This document shows, one piece after another, positions 27,410-37,029 of a stretch of 64,000 nucleotides of DNA. The stretch covers positions 1,613-65,612 of IMG/VR virus record IMGVR_UViG_3300036801_000470; one strand, written 5' to 3'. The notes below the pieces were generated by a model, which was not told where the DNA came from, did no database searches, and saw only the letters and a list, made by a program, of their open reading frames with translations. How positions within the stretch are numbered: position 1 is the stretch's first letter; each line of letters begins with the position of its first letter. A program made the position numbers and the translations under genes. The DNA comes from a virus (Duplodnaviria > Caudoviricetes).

Positions 27410-27556
27410 ATGCTACGCCTCCTCCCTATTGCCGGCCTCACGTTCGTCGCGGTCGGGCCTCTTCTGCCGAACCCCATCGACGTCTGCTGCATCGTGCTGG
27501 GCATTGGGCTCGCCCTCGCCTCGCTCGCTTCGCATTACCGCGCGCAGCATCGCTGA
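27410..27556 (+). CDS. 48-aa two-helix membrane peptide (not in ORF track)
   Basis: MLRLLPIAGLTFVAVGPLLPNPIDVCCIVLGIGLALASLASHYRAQHR; TAGGCT -10 lies 6 nt before ATG. Confidence 0.5.
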   Translation: MLRLLPIAGLTFVAVGPLLPNPIDVCCIVLGIGLALASLASHYRAQHR

Positions 27557-27569
27557 TGCCGTAGCGCCC

Positions 27570-27908
27570 TCAAGGAGTCGCGCCTGCGTCCAGCGTAAGG
27601 CCCACCTGATCGCAGCACGTCCTCACGTCGACGGTCGCGCCGTGAAGCGCGGTCACTCGCTCCCCCGGTTGGGAACTCGCGCAGAAGCGGCTCCACACCA
27701 TCGAATTCTTCCCGGGGTCGGCTTGGAAGATCGGCCGCAGCTCCGCGCTCTGCGCAGCTACGCACTCGAGAAACGGGGACAGCTCGACCTCCGGCGTAGC
27801 TGCCCCGAGGTGCTGCCGCGACGGCGCCGGCTCCGGCGGGGAGCCCTTGCATCCCGCACCGCCGATCGACGCCGCCAAGACCGCGAACACACACATTCCG
27901 TAGCGCAT
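27570..27908 (-). CDS. Lipoprotein
   Basis: GAGC lipobox; AGGAG upstream. Confidence 0.55.
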   Translation of the reverse strand: MRYGMCVFAVLAASIGGAGCKGSPPEPAPSRQHLGAATPEVELSPFLECVAAQSAELRPIFQADPGKNSMVWSRFCASSQPGERVTALHGATVDVRTCCDQVGLTLDAGATP

Positions 27909-27925
27909 TTCTGTTCACTCCTGTT

Positions 27926-29836
27926 TCAGCAGCCGAAGGGCAACGTCGCGCAGAGTTTCGCTTCCATCTGCGCGTGACCGGCATTGTTGTAGTGCGGGCA
28001 CTGCGTGACGTTCCCCACGCTCACGGTGCTCGTGTTGTCGAGAAAGGTCGCGAAGCTCACGCCGGCGGCGCTATTGGCGTTGAGGACCGCCGTGTTGATG
28101 ACCCCCCGGAGCGTGACCGCCGCGCTCTCCTGCGAGCAGGAATAGGCCGGCGTGTCGGCCAGCACGTGGATGGCGCTGTCGTTGGAGTGGATGTCCGCCA
28201 TCAGCGTCTGGTACTGGCTTCCGAAGCTCGGATTGGTGAGCCCGAGGTCATTCTCCCCGAGCTCGATGACGACCCACTTCTGGCCGCCCGCCTGGACCTT
28301 CTGGACCAGTGCCGTGAGGTCGTTGGCCATCGACTGAAGCGACGCCGGCGTCGAACCGTAGAAGAGGTTAGCGTTCTCCGTCAGGCTGTTGCCGCTCTGG
28401 CAGAACGCCGAGACCCCAACGCCCTTGCTGCGATAGGCGTCGCGGAGGAGGGTGAGCCACCCGTCGCGGCCGAGCGGATTGGCAACCGCTCCGACGCAGA
28501 TCGAGTCCCCCAGGAAGACGACATGGCCGTTCGCCGGCGGGGTCGTGACCTGCGCGATCGGGCACGTCGAGGTCCGGATCGCGACCAGCGGCTGGCTCTC
28601 CGGCGGCCCCGGCGCCGACGGCGGAAGGCCCGTCAGGATCGCTTCGCCGTCGTCGATCTCCACCGTGTGCGACGTCCCGCTTCCGACCGTGACCGGGAAG
28701 ACCTGGCGCGTGCTCGCGTAGGTGAGCACGCTCGGGTTGCAGCTGTCCGGGCCGCACTGCGAGGCGGAGTAGACATCGTCGATGTACGTATGCGCGAGGA
28801 TGACGGTGATCGTACCGGACGCATAGTCTGCGTACATGACCTGATCGGTCGTGGTCAGCAGCGTGCGGCCCCACGCCGATGGCATGACCGGTGAAGTGAT
28901 CGTGTCGTACGAGCCTGGGAGGAAGGCAGCGCGCTTCGCGAGGCATTCGCTCACGTTCGCCAGCGTCGGCGCGCCAGTGTTGGTGAGGGTCGCGGGGCTC
29001 GAGCCGCGGGTGGTCCAGGTCGAGGAGACCCCGTTCCAATCGCGCCCGGGCTGCGCATCGAAGATGAGCGACGTGTCGCCCGTGGGCGCCGTCATCAGCG
29101 TGTAGCGATTGTCCTGCCCGTTAGCCGAGATCGCGTACAGCTCCGCGTCGGATAGGACACGCCCGTAGGCTTTGACGTGAAGGACGCCGCCCATCCACGG
29201 CGATGCTCCGGAGGTGCCCGCGCCGATAAACGTCGCAGCCGACGTATCGGGACTCGCATACGTCCCCGATACCGCGACCACGACGGGGGCGCTCGATCCG
29301 CCTACGCCATTCAGGAACGCGCGGAAGTTCCCCCCCGTGTTGGCGATGGCGAGGACGTTCGGACCCGGGCCCGACGGGACGGTGAGACCGAGGCTAGCCG
29401 TCACACTCCCCGGGTTTTGGACGATCTTGACGACTCCCGACTGGATATCGACGTAGCAGCCGGTGGCTGTGTCGTAATGGCCGAATGGAATCGCATGCGC
29501 CGCCGTCGTCCCACCCGGGTTGTCGAAGGCCAGCACGACGCTGTTCCCGGAGACGCAGAGGTCCGGGCCCTGATTTGTGGCGCTCGCGTAGTTCGAGCCG
29601 GAGAATGTGGTGAAGCGGGTTCCGAATTGCGCGTTCCCTAGCCCGCTCCCACCTCCTCCGGAGCTAGACCCTGAACCGCCGGAACTCGACCCAGCCCCTC
29701 CCCCCGCGGAAGCGGAATAGCCGACGTTGACCACGCGGCTATTGCAGCATCCGAACAGGATGCCACCGAGGAGGAGCAGCCGGAGGGCGACCCCTTTCGT
29801 AATTCGATGCGAATCTCCGGCTCTCATAGGCGGCAT
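27926..29836 (-). CDS. Exported LamG-like + SGNH/GDSL hydrolase protein
   Basis: LLLLGGILFGC signal, Gly/Ser linker, VFLGDSI (block I), ELGEND (block III), PHYNNAGH (block V). Confidence 0.75.
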   Translation of the reverse strand: MPPMRAGDSHRITKGVALRLLLLGGILFGCCNSRVVNVGYSASAGGGAGSSSGGSGSSSGGGGSGLGNAQFGTRFTTFSGSNYASATNQGPDLCVSGNSVVLAFDNPGGTTAAHAIPFGHYDTATGCYVDIQSGVVKIVQNPGSVTASLGLTVPSGPGPNVLAIANTGGNFRAFLNGVGGSSAPVVVAVSGTYASPDTSAATFIGAGTSGASPWMGGVLHVKAYGRVLSDAELYAISANGQDNRYTLMTAPTGDTSLIFDAQPGRDWNGVSSTWTTRGSSPATLTNTGAPTLANVSECLAKRAAFLPGSYDTITSPVMPSAWGRTLLTTTDQVMYADYASGTITVILAHTYIDDVYSASQCGPDSCNPSVLTYASTRQVFPVTVGSGTSHTVEIDDGEAILTGLPPSAPGPPESQPLVAIRTSTCPIAQVTTPPANGHVVFLGDSICVGAVANPLGRDGWLTLLRDAYRSKGVGVSAFCQSGNSLTENANLFYGSTPASLQSMANDLTALVQKVQAGGQKWVVIELGENDLGLTNPSFGSQYQTLMADIHSNDSAIHVLADTPAYSCSQESAAVTLRGVINTAVLNANSAAGVSFATFLDNTSTVSVGNVTQCPHYNNAGHAQMEAKLCATLPFGC

Positions 29837-29858
29837 TCCGGGATGTGGCTTTGTCGCG

Positions 29859-32096
29859 TTACGGCGTTCCCCAGTTCAGCTTCTGGATCGGCTGAATGAT
29901 CGTCGTGAGGTCCGACTCCTGCTGCGCGGCTGACACGCCCGCAAGGACCTCCACTTCGCCCAGATCGCCGGGCCACGGGGTGGCCTGGTCATAGCGAGTG
30001 AAGATGGTCAGGCCTACGAGCGGGTCGCTGCCGACCGAGGTTCCGTTGCTGTTGGCGATCTGCGTTCGGTCGCCGTAGAAGAGCGAGGCGTTCGCTGCCG
30101 AGCCGTTGTAGGTACCACCCACGGCATGGGCCGAACTCAGGTTGAAGGCGCTCGCGACGCAAGCCGTATTCGCGGCACCGGCGAAGAAGCTGATGCGCCG
30201 ACCGGCGCCACACGACGACCCGTTGTCGTTCAAAAGATCGTTCCGACCGCCGCTTGTCGTGCCCGACCATAGAAACCCGGTGAATGAATCTGTCGCCGTC
30301 GTCGCATCGGCCACACCATTGATACTGAGTGGCTGCGCCGTGCTCGGGATCGCCGACGTCATGTAGTGCGTCCCGCTGACGTTGGTGTACCCGGGCCAGC
30401 TGTTGAGCCACGACGTGGTGAGCGTGAGCTGGTTAGCGCCGGTCGCCTGCGTGAGGTTGTACGGCCCCACCTGCGCCTGATCGACCCAGGTGGAGACGGT
30501 CTGGCCCGGGCTCGCCGGGAAGCCCGTGTCGATCGCGATCGCCGGGATGTGCAGTTCGACGACGCTGTTCGGGTAATAGTAGAAGTTCTTGGTGTTGCTC
30601 GTCTGCCCGGCGAGCGTGACTGAGAAGTTGATCGCGCTTCCGGTCGCCGTGCCCGACGGAATCACGCAGGCGGCGTGCGCGCTGTCGGTGATGGTCGTCG
30701 GTACGCCGGTGGTCGACCCAAAGTTGCAGGTCATCCCGGCCGCGAAGTTCGACCCCTTGAACGCGAGGGTTGCGCCGCCGCGCGCGACTCCCACTGGGAA
30801 GCTCGTCGCCGTGAGGGTGGGCGTGGTCGAGAAGGTGAAGCCGTTGACGAGCGGCGTGAGGACGCCCGAGCCCGTGCACGTCGCCGAGACGGTGTACGAT
30901 CCGACGGTGTACGTCCCCGACGGGATGGAGCAGTTGATCGTGTTGCCGCCGCTGGGCGAGCAGCCCGTCAGCGCCGTGCTGCCGATCGACGCCGTGCAGC
31001 TCCCGGTGGCCGCCCCCGTGCTGGTGCCCAGCGCGACGGAGTACGGAGACGCGAGGACGTTCGGGCCGCTCGTCGGGGAGATCGTGTTGATGGTCCCGCT
31101 CGAGAACGTGAACCCGTTCGGGATCGTGAACGCGCCGGCCGCCGTGGTCACGGAGACGGTCACCGAACCGCCGGTGTACGTCGCGGCGGCGAGCGTCCCC
31201 TGGACGCAGTCCGTGGATGCGCCGCTATTGCAGGCACCGAGGTTCGTGAGCCCGGTGGCCCCGAGGCTAATCGCGCTCACGGTCGAGGCGAAGATGTCGT
31301 GCGTGCCGAGCACCTGCACGACCACGGGGCTCGCGAGGGTGGTCCCGAGGCTCGCCGGGACGACCTGGTCGATCGAGCGCGCCGGCCATGCGGGGGGTAG
31401 CGTGCGCTGGTTCGACAGACCGACGGTGACGCAGGCGCCAGCATCCGTCGAGACATTCAGGGCCAGCGTCGGGAGCTGTCCCGCCCCTCCAGCGTCCCAT
31501 CCGAGCGCGCAGGACCCGGTCGCCAGGAGGCCACCAAAGTCGTTGAGCGTCGAGATGTCGGTGAGGCCTCCGTCCGCCCACTCGAAGACGCCATTGACGT
31601 TGGTGCCGTGCCATTCGCGGCGGCAGTGGCTCATCACGCCGCCCGCGTCCGTGACGAGCTGCGCGTTGATGTCGAGGTCGTAGCCTTCGCCGTTTGCCAG
31701 CGGGCCCGACGTCCACACCTTCTGCGTACCCGCGCCGACGCAAACCGGCTCGAAGATCGGCTCCGCTCCCGTCGTGTGCGCCCCGGAGATGCCACTGCCC
31801 GTGGTCATCTGGCCATTGAACACATAGGCCGGACCTGCACTCGAAGGTAGGGGCACGAAGCTGCCGAGCTTCTGCTCGTGGATCTCTTTCTTCAGATCGG
31901 CCAGCTGCCGCTGCATCTCGGCGATCGCGACCTGCTGCTCCGCGATCTGTCGGGCCGACTCGTGCTGGCCTCTCCAGGCATCGCCCAGCGCCAGCGCCAT
32001 CACTAGAATGGCGACGAGGCCTGCGACGATCGTGACGATCCGTACGCGCTGCAGCAGCCGGTTGCCCGCGCCGAGGTCGGTTTTGTCTCGGTCCAT
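29859..32096 (-). CDS. Membrane-anchored IPT/TIG-repeat protein with C-terminal LamG-like domain (adhesin/fibre-like)
   Basis: N-terminal TM and coiled coil, repeated ..ISP..G...NGFTFS Ig-like units. Confidence 0.7.
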   Translation of the reverse strand: MDRDKTDLGAGNRLLQRVRIVTIVAGLVAILVMALALGDAWRGQHESARQIAEQQVAIAEMQRQLADLKKEIHEQKLGSFVPLPSSAGPAYVFNGQMTTGSGISGAHTTGAEPIFEPVCVGAGTQKVWTSGPLANGEGYDLDINAQLVTDAGGVMSHCRREWHGTNVNGVFEWADGGLTDISTLNDFGGLLATGSCALGWDAGGAGQLPTLALNVSTDAGACVTVGLSNQRTLPPAWPARSIDQVVPASLGTTLASPVVVQVLGTHDIFASTVSAISLGATGLTNLGACNSGASTDCVQGTLAAATYTGGSVTVSVTTAAGAFTIPNGFTFSSGTINTISPTSGPNVLASPYSVALGTSTGAATGSCTASIGSTALTGCSPSGGNTINCSIPSGTYTVGSYTVSATCTGSGVLTPLVNGFTFSTTPTLTATSFPVGVARGGATLAFKGSNFAAGMTCNFGSTTGVPTTITDSAHAACVIPSGTATGSAINFSVTLAGQTSNTKNFYYYPNSVVELHIPAIAIDTGFPASPGQTVSTWVDQAQVGPYNLTQATGANQLTLTTSWLNSWPGYTNVSGTHYMTSAIPSTAQPLSINGVADATTATDSFTGFLWSGTTSGGRNDLLNDNGSSCGAGRRISFFAGAANTACVASAFNLSSAHAVGGTYNGSAANASLFYGDRTQIANSNGTSVGSDPLVGLTIFTRYDQATPWPGDLGEVEVLAGVSAAQQESDLTTIIQPIQKLNWGTP

Positions 32097-32159
32097 GTCG
32101 AATTCCTCAAGCCGGCGCTCACAGTGAGAGCGCCTTAGGAAAAGGGCCGCGCGAGCAGC

Positions 32160-33299
32160 TCAGATGACGGTCCAAAACGGGCGCGTCGTAAGTGGGTTGG
32201 TCACGTCCGCGGGGACAAGTTGGAAGACCAGGGTCTCGCCCCTCTGGTTCATCAGAAACGTCTGGGTCAGCGTTCCTTGATTGGGACCGGAGGGGTTGAG
32301 AATCTGGAACGCACCGCCGTTGACCGTGAGCGGCTTCGCGTCACATGCGAATCCTGTATCGGTCGCCATGACCTGCAATCCGCCAAAGGAGACCGACGGC
32401 AGCGTGAGGGTGAAGGGGCCGCCTACGGTGTTCACTGGCGCCCATTGGCTACCGAGCAGCGTCGTGTTGCCTGTCAAAACGCCGTTCGGCGCGAATGGGT
32501 AGATCCCGTCGCCAACGACCATCCAGAATGGCGCCGTGCTGATCACGTTCGCCGGGTCGGCTGGCGTAAGCGCGAACGAGAACGACCCCAGCGGGACGTT
32601 CATGGAGTACGTGCTCTGAAGAGTCCCCGCGTGCGGGCCGGTCGGATTGAAAACCGGTACCCCATTGCCATCGATGAGCAGCGCGTTGGTGCCCACCGCG
32701 CCCCCGACGTCCGACACGCCGATCTGGTACGGCTGCACGATCGGCGACGGCAGCGTGAGCGTGAAGGGCCCGCCGGCGGTGTTCACCGGTGCCCATTGGG
32801 CGCGCGTGACCTGCGCCGTTAGGATCGTGTTCGAGGTGTAGACCTTGTTCGACGCGGAGGCCGAGCCGCCACCGATGGAGCGGAGGACCGGGTTGACGAT
32901 GGACGTCCAGCCCGCGAGGGCGTGGGACTCGAAGCCCTCGTTCACCGCCATGACGCGGTTGCCAGAGGTCGCGCGGACATAGACCCCAAACGTCGTGGTC
33001 CACGAGGGGACCCAATTGCCGTTCTTGTCGTAGCCGTTGTTGATCTGCGACTGGAATCGGTACGTCGTGCCGAGCCCACCCGCCGCGAACTGGCGCGTAT
33101 TCCCGCCCGGTCCGGTGAGCGAGATCGAGGGCGCGGTCGACGTCTCGTCGGTGCCCACGCACGCGAGCGTCCACAAGTTGACGCCGGCGGTGCTGAGCAG
33201 CTGTACGGAGATGGTGTCTCCGGCCGACACGTCGACGCCATTCGTGGTGAGCACGTAGGCGCCGCCATTGTCAGAGACCTGACAAGCGGGTGAAGCCAA
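32160..33299 (-). CDS. Tail fibre/baseplate-like protein with duplicated C-terminal domain
   Basis: Two copies of QWAPVNT(A/V)GGPFTLTLPS...(D)..G....N/KPL.. Confidence 0.7.
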   Translation of the reverse strand: MASPACQVSDNGGAYVLTTNGVDVSAGDTISVQLLSTAGVNLWTLACVGTDETSTAPSISLTGPGGNTRQFAAGGLGTTYRFQSQINNGYDKNGNWVPSWTTTFGVYVRATSGNRVMAVNEGFESHALAGWTSIVNPVLRSIGGGSASASNKVYTSNTILTAQVTRAQWAPVNTAGGPFTLTLPSPIVQPYQIGVSDVGGAVGTNALLIDGNGVPVFNPTGPHAGTLQSTYSMNVPLGSFSFALTPADPANVISTAPFWMVVGDGIYPFAPNGVLTGNTTLLGSQWAPVNTVGGPFTLTLPSVSFGGLQVMATDTGFACDAKPLTVNGGAFQILNPSGPNQGTLTQTFLMNQRGETLVFQLVPADVTNPLTTRPFWTVI

Positions 33300-33316
33300 G
33301 GAAGTAGTCCCCTCGG

Positions 33317-34657
33317 TTATTGGAAGGAGAGAGACGAGATGCCCGAATACGTGAACTTCACGCCCGTGTAGATCGTGGGCCCCCAGCCGTTCGGGGTGGC
33401 CGAGTACGTCGAGTCGTCGAAGAGGACGAGGTGATAGGCGTACGTGCTCTGATCGATCGTCGCGAGCGGCGCATAGGGGGCGAACGTGATCGACTGCGCG
33501 TAGCCGGCGTTCAGACCCCCGCTCGTGCCGCCCGGCGCCGCGACGGCGGCCGCGAGGACGTTCGGCGGTGGGTCCGACCAGCTGAACGCGTCACCGGCGG
33601 CGTGGTCCGTCGTCGCCCCCAGAAACACGCCCGCGCTGGGCGCGATGGCTTGCACGGGAACCGGCGCGCCGTTCTTGAACGTCCCGCCCTGCGTGACCTG
33701 AAAGGTGTTGTCGAGCGCGTCGGTGGCGAGCTGCCCGGTCGCGATCTTCGCCGATCCGCCGTTGGCGGTGGCCAGCGTGAGCGCTCCTGAGGCGCCTACG
33801 GCATTCGTGTTCGCGTACGCCGCGGGCGAGGCGGGCGTCGGAATGGTGACCCTGGGAGCCGCTCCCGGAGCGACGAGCGGGGTGACCGTCATGTCGCCCG
33901 TCGGGTTCATCCGGTAGAGCGACAGAAGCGGGAAGTAGGCCGGGAGGACCGCCAGGGAGGCGTCGGTGATCTGCGGCCGGAAGTAGACCGTCACGCTCTC
34001 GAGGAGCGCGCCGTGGTGGAGACGCGAGAGCGGCATGGCGAGGCGGGACTGTTGCTGCCCCATCGCCGACGACACGCCCATGGTGGCGAAGTCGATGACC
34101 CACCCTTTGCCCGACGCCTGGTCGAAGCTGTTGAAGAGCTCCGCCATCGACACGAGAATCGAGCGCGACGTCCGCCCCTGGGTGAGGAGAATGTCGTCCC
34201 CGTCCTGGTGCTGGATGCGGCCGCCCGACGCCGTCTGCACCGACGACGACCCGGCGAAGACGAGCTGGCCGCCCGTGTCGACGTCCAGACAGTCGAACCC
34301 TCCGCTCGCGGCGAGCGAGATGGGGCCGGCGACCGTGTCCCCGGTCTTGTCGGTCACGCGCGTGGCAAGCGCGGTGTCGAGCGCGGTGAGCATCGCCGCG
34401 CTCACCTCGGATCCATGCTGCCAGAGGACTCCGCCTCGCAGGTACGCGCCGTTGCCCGTGCCGGGCACGCTGATGTGATCGAAGTCGACGACCGTGATCG
34501 GCTGGTCGGTCACATTGGCGGCGGTGTTCCCCTTGATCCCCGCGGTCGAGACGACCGTGCCGTTCGGGATGTTGTGCCCCGGGATGTGCAGCACAATCGG
34601 AGACACCGCATTGCCGCTCGTGCCGGCAATGGGCCAAAAAGAGATCGGGGGATTCAC
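33317..34657 (-). CDS. Tail-tip protein, paralogue 3 of 3 (with N-terminal beta-barrel and J-like insertion)
   Basis: Shares H.GA...SV...F and YxY...DD...G.K.TY motifs with the two upstream genes. Confidence 0.7.
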   Translation of the reverse strand: MNPPISFWPIAGTSGNAVSPIVLHIPGHNIPNGTVVSTAGIKGNTAANVTDQPITVVDFDHISVPGTGNGAYLRGGVLWQHGSEVSAAMLTALDTALATRVTDKTGDTVAGPISLAASGGFDCLDVDTGGQLVFAGSSSVQTASGGRIQHQDGDDILLTQGRTSRSILVSMAELFNSFDQASGKGWVIDFATMGVSSAMGQQQSRLAMPLSRLHHGALLESVTVYFRPQITDASLAVLPAYFPLLSLYRMNPTGDMTVTPLVAPGAAPRVTIPTPASPAAYANTNAVGASGALTLATANGGSAKIATGQLATDALDNTFQVTQGGTFKNGAPVPVQAIAPSAGVFLGATTDHAAGDAFSWSDPPPNVLAAAVAAPGGTSGGLNAGYAQSITFAPYAPLATIDQSTYAYHLVLFDDSTYSATPNGWGPTIYTGVKFTYSGISSLSFQ

Positions 34658-35523
34658 TCGTGCCTTAGATCGCTAACGGAGTAGGTGACCTTGCAGCCGA
34701 CGAAGGCGCTCACGTACAGGCTCGAGAAGGCGCCCGCGTAGTCCTCGTCCGCGATCGCAAGCCAGTAGAGGTAGCGCGAGGCGTCGACGACGTTGTTGGC
34801 GGCGCAGCTGTAGTGGATGCTGTTGGGCACCCCGCCGTTGATGTACGCCGTCATGCTGCCCGCCGACGGGAAGCCGGCGGGGAGCCAACCGGTGTTGAGC
34901 GGCTCGACGGTGCCGAGGAACGGGTCCGACCGGAAGGCGATGATCGACGGGTAGTTGAGCGGCAGCGAATGGCCCGAACGCTGCGCGTTCACGATGAAGG
35001 CGACGTCGATCGACTGCATCGTCGCGCCGTCGTGCGCGCGCCCGAGCGGGACAATCAAGACCGCGTTCGCGGCGAGCGGCGAGAGACCATCGACGAAGTT
35101 TTGCGGGGAGAAGAGCTGGTTGACCTGCCACTGCCAGGTCGGGGAACTCGGCATCCACGGCATGCTCGCGAGGCTGGTCGGGACGCTCGTGCCGTGGTTG
35201 ATCGCCTCGTAGAGGTTCTGGTTCTTGACGAACGTGCGCGGGGCGCTGAAGACGGGCACGTCGCCGCTGCCGCATTCGATGCGGGCGCCGGATCCGCCGG
35301 TCTGCGTGTAGAGCTTCGAGCCCGACCCGCTGATCAGGAGGCCCCCCGACTGCCACGTAATGCTCCCGATGGGGAGCACCGTGACCGTGGACCACAAGGT
35401 CCCGCCGGCGGCGCTCTTGTCGAGCGCCTGCATCTGGTTGGCGTCGAGCGCCGCCATGTCGCTCGAGTTGAGCTGGCCGGTATCGGCGCTCAGGCCGTTT
35501 GGCCATCTCCGGGAGAGCGTCAT
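34654..35523 (-). CDS. Tail-tip protein, paralogue 2 of 3
   Basis: PLGRAHDGATMQSIDVAF; ATGA coupling. Confidence 0.7.
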   Translation of the reverse strand: MTLSRRWPNGLSADTGQLNSSDMAALDANQMQALDKSAAGGTLWSTVTVLPIGSITWQSGGLLISGSGSKLYTQTGGSGARIECGSGDVPVFSAPRTFVKNQNLYEAINHGTSVPTSLASMPWMPSSPTWQWQVNQLFSPQNFVDGLSPLAANAVLIVPLGRAHDGATMQSIDVAFIVNAQRSGHSLPLNYPSIIAFRSDPFLGTVEPLNTGWLPAGFPSAGSMTAYINGGVPNSIHYSCAANNVVDASRYLYWLAIADEDYAGAFSSLYVSAFVGCKVTYSVSDLRHE

Positions 35524-36296
35524 TGGGAGAAGCGTCGGTCGGCAATCGCCGTGTAGTTCACGCGGATGCCCGTGAAGCGGGTCTTCAGAGGCCCGGCGAC
35601 GTTGTTGTTGTCGTCGTTGATCTGAAAGAAGTAGCGGTACGTCGAGGTGTCCACGACATTGCTCGAGAGGCTCGAGATCGTCAGCGACTGCACGGTCCCA
35701 GGTACGTATGGCCCGCCGAAGGTGGCGAACCCCAGCGCGGTCGACGTGTTGGTGCTGATTTGTTGGCGGGAGATGCTGAAGCTTGGGTACTGGCTCGGCA
35801 CCGAGACGGCGCTCGGAGAGAAGAAGTAGAGCGTCACGCTCGAGATGGTGGCGCCGTTGTGGATCTTCGTGAGCGGGACGAAAATCGATGCGCCCGCCGC
35901 GTAGGGGTCTTGGAAGAGCCCGAGGGAGTTCGAATCAACGCTCCAGCCGTCGAGCGCGTCGGAGAAGCACGCCTCGGCGCACGGGATGACGACCGAGCGG
36001 GTCCGCGCGGGGCTGTAGGTGGGGTAATCGTTGTCGCCGAGGATGATGCTCCCGCCGGCGGTGCGCGCCTGGATGCCGCTCCCGATGAGGCCCACGAGCC
36101 CAGACGGTGCCGCGGCAGTGCTCCAGGTGCCGAGCGCCGTGAGTGGGCCCGAGAGGAAGTCCCCCTCCGAATCGAGGCCGTAGGTCGCGAGGAGCTGGTC
36201 GAGCTGCGCGAGCTCGGAGGTCGTCGGCGTGTAGAGCTTGCGCCACCCGACCCCCGACTTGACGGGGCGGATGGTGACGGAGGTGAGGTTGCTCAT
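35520..36296 (-). CDS. Tail-tip protein, paralogue 1 of 3
   Basis: PLTKIHNGATISSVTLYF; follows the gp48-like gene. Confidence 0.7.
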   Translation of the reverse strand: MSNLTSVTIRPVKSGVGWRKLYTPTTSELAQLDQLLATYGLDSEGDFLSGPLTALGTWSTAAAPSGLVGLIGSGIQARTAGGSIILGDNDYPTYSPARTRSVVIPCAEACFSDALDGWSVDSNSLGLFQDPYAAGASIFVPLTKIHNGATISSVTLYFFSPSAVSVPSQYPSFSISRQQISTNTSTALGFATFGGPYVPGTVQSLTISSLSSNVVDTSTYRYFFQINDDNNNVAGPLKTRFTGIRVNYTAIADRRFSQ

Positions 36297-36299
36297 GGG

Positions 36300-37028
36300 T
36301 CAGAAGAGCAGCGCGCGGTAGTTGAGATTCTGCTGGTCGAGGAAGAACCCGAGCGGCGCCACATATGAGGAGAACGTGCACTGCGCGGGCAGCGCGCCGT
36401 CGAGGTACGCGGTCATCAACGCGATCGTGTCCCGGTAGACCGTCGTGGACATCCACGCGGGCTGCGCCGCCACCTGCACGGCGACGTGGGCGATTGCGGA
36501 CGACCAGTCCACGTAGGAGACCCCGTCGGTGGTCGTGCCCGCGGGGTCGTAGGGATTCGGGTTGCCGCCGCCCACGCTGTTGAAGCCGGGGTAGATGGCG
36601 CCCGAATCGGCGTCGCCCACCATCTCCACGTCGATAAAAAGCGCGCCTAGGAGATAGGCGAGGTCATCGGCGATCTGCTGCGGCGTGGGGTTCTTGCCGA
36701 GCGCCTGGAAGGCGAAGCCAAGCCGCTGGCGGCGGCTCGAGGGGGTGTCTCCCGGCACGAGCACGAGCTCGAAGATCCGCTCCCAGCGGGGGAGCATGTC
36801 GGTGACCGAGTCGGGGACGAACTGGTTCGCCATCCGCTCGTTCTGGGCCCACTCGGCGTCGATCGCGTCCGCAAAGGCGCGGTTCTCGACGGAGGGACCG
36901 GAGCTCCAGTCGCTGGTGTCGTAGAGACGCCCGCGCCCTTCATTCAGCGCCTGGGCGAAGAGCTCGGCGCGCCGGGGGCCGCCCCCGAACGAGAAGGGGG
37001 CGCCGGCGAAGCCGCCGAAGGACCCCAT
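36300..37028 (-). CDS. Baseplate wedge protein (Mu gp48/DUF2313-like)
   Basis: PDSVTDMLPRWERIFEL...RRQRL and C-terminal LPAQ; position after J. Confidence 0.75.
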   Translation of the reverse strand: MGSFGGFAGAPFSFGGGPRRAELFAQALNEGRGRLYDTSDWSSGPSVENRAFADAIDAEWAQNERMANQFVPDSVTDMLPRWERIFELVLVPGDTPSSRRQRLGFAFQALGKNPTPQQIADDLAYLLGALFIDVEMVGDADSGAIYPGFNSVGGGNPNPYDPAGTTTDGVSYVDWSSAIAHVAVQVAAQPAWMSTTVYRDTIALMTAYLDGALPAQCTFSSYVAPLGFFLDQQNLNYRALLF

Positions 37029-37029
37029 G

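Noticed and set aside
32163-32850. Possible DGR template/variable repeat pair
   Set aside because: Both copies are in-frame coding, the differences checked are largely synonymous and not adenine-specific, and no reverse transcriptase is present in the window
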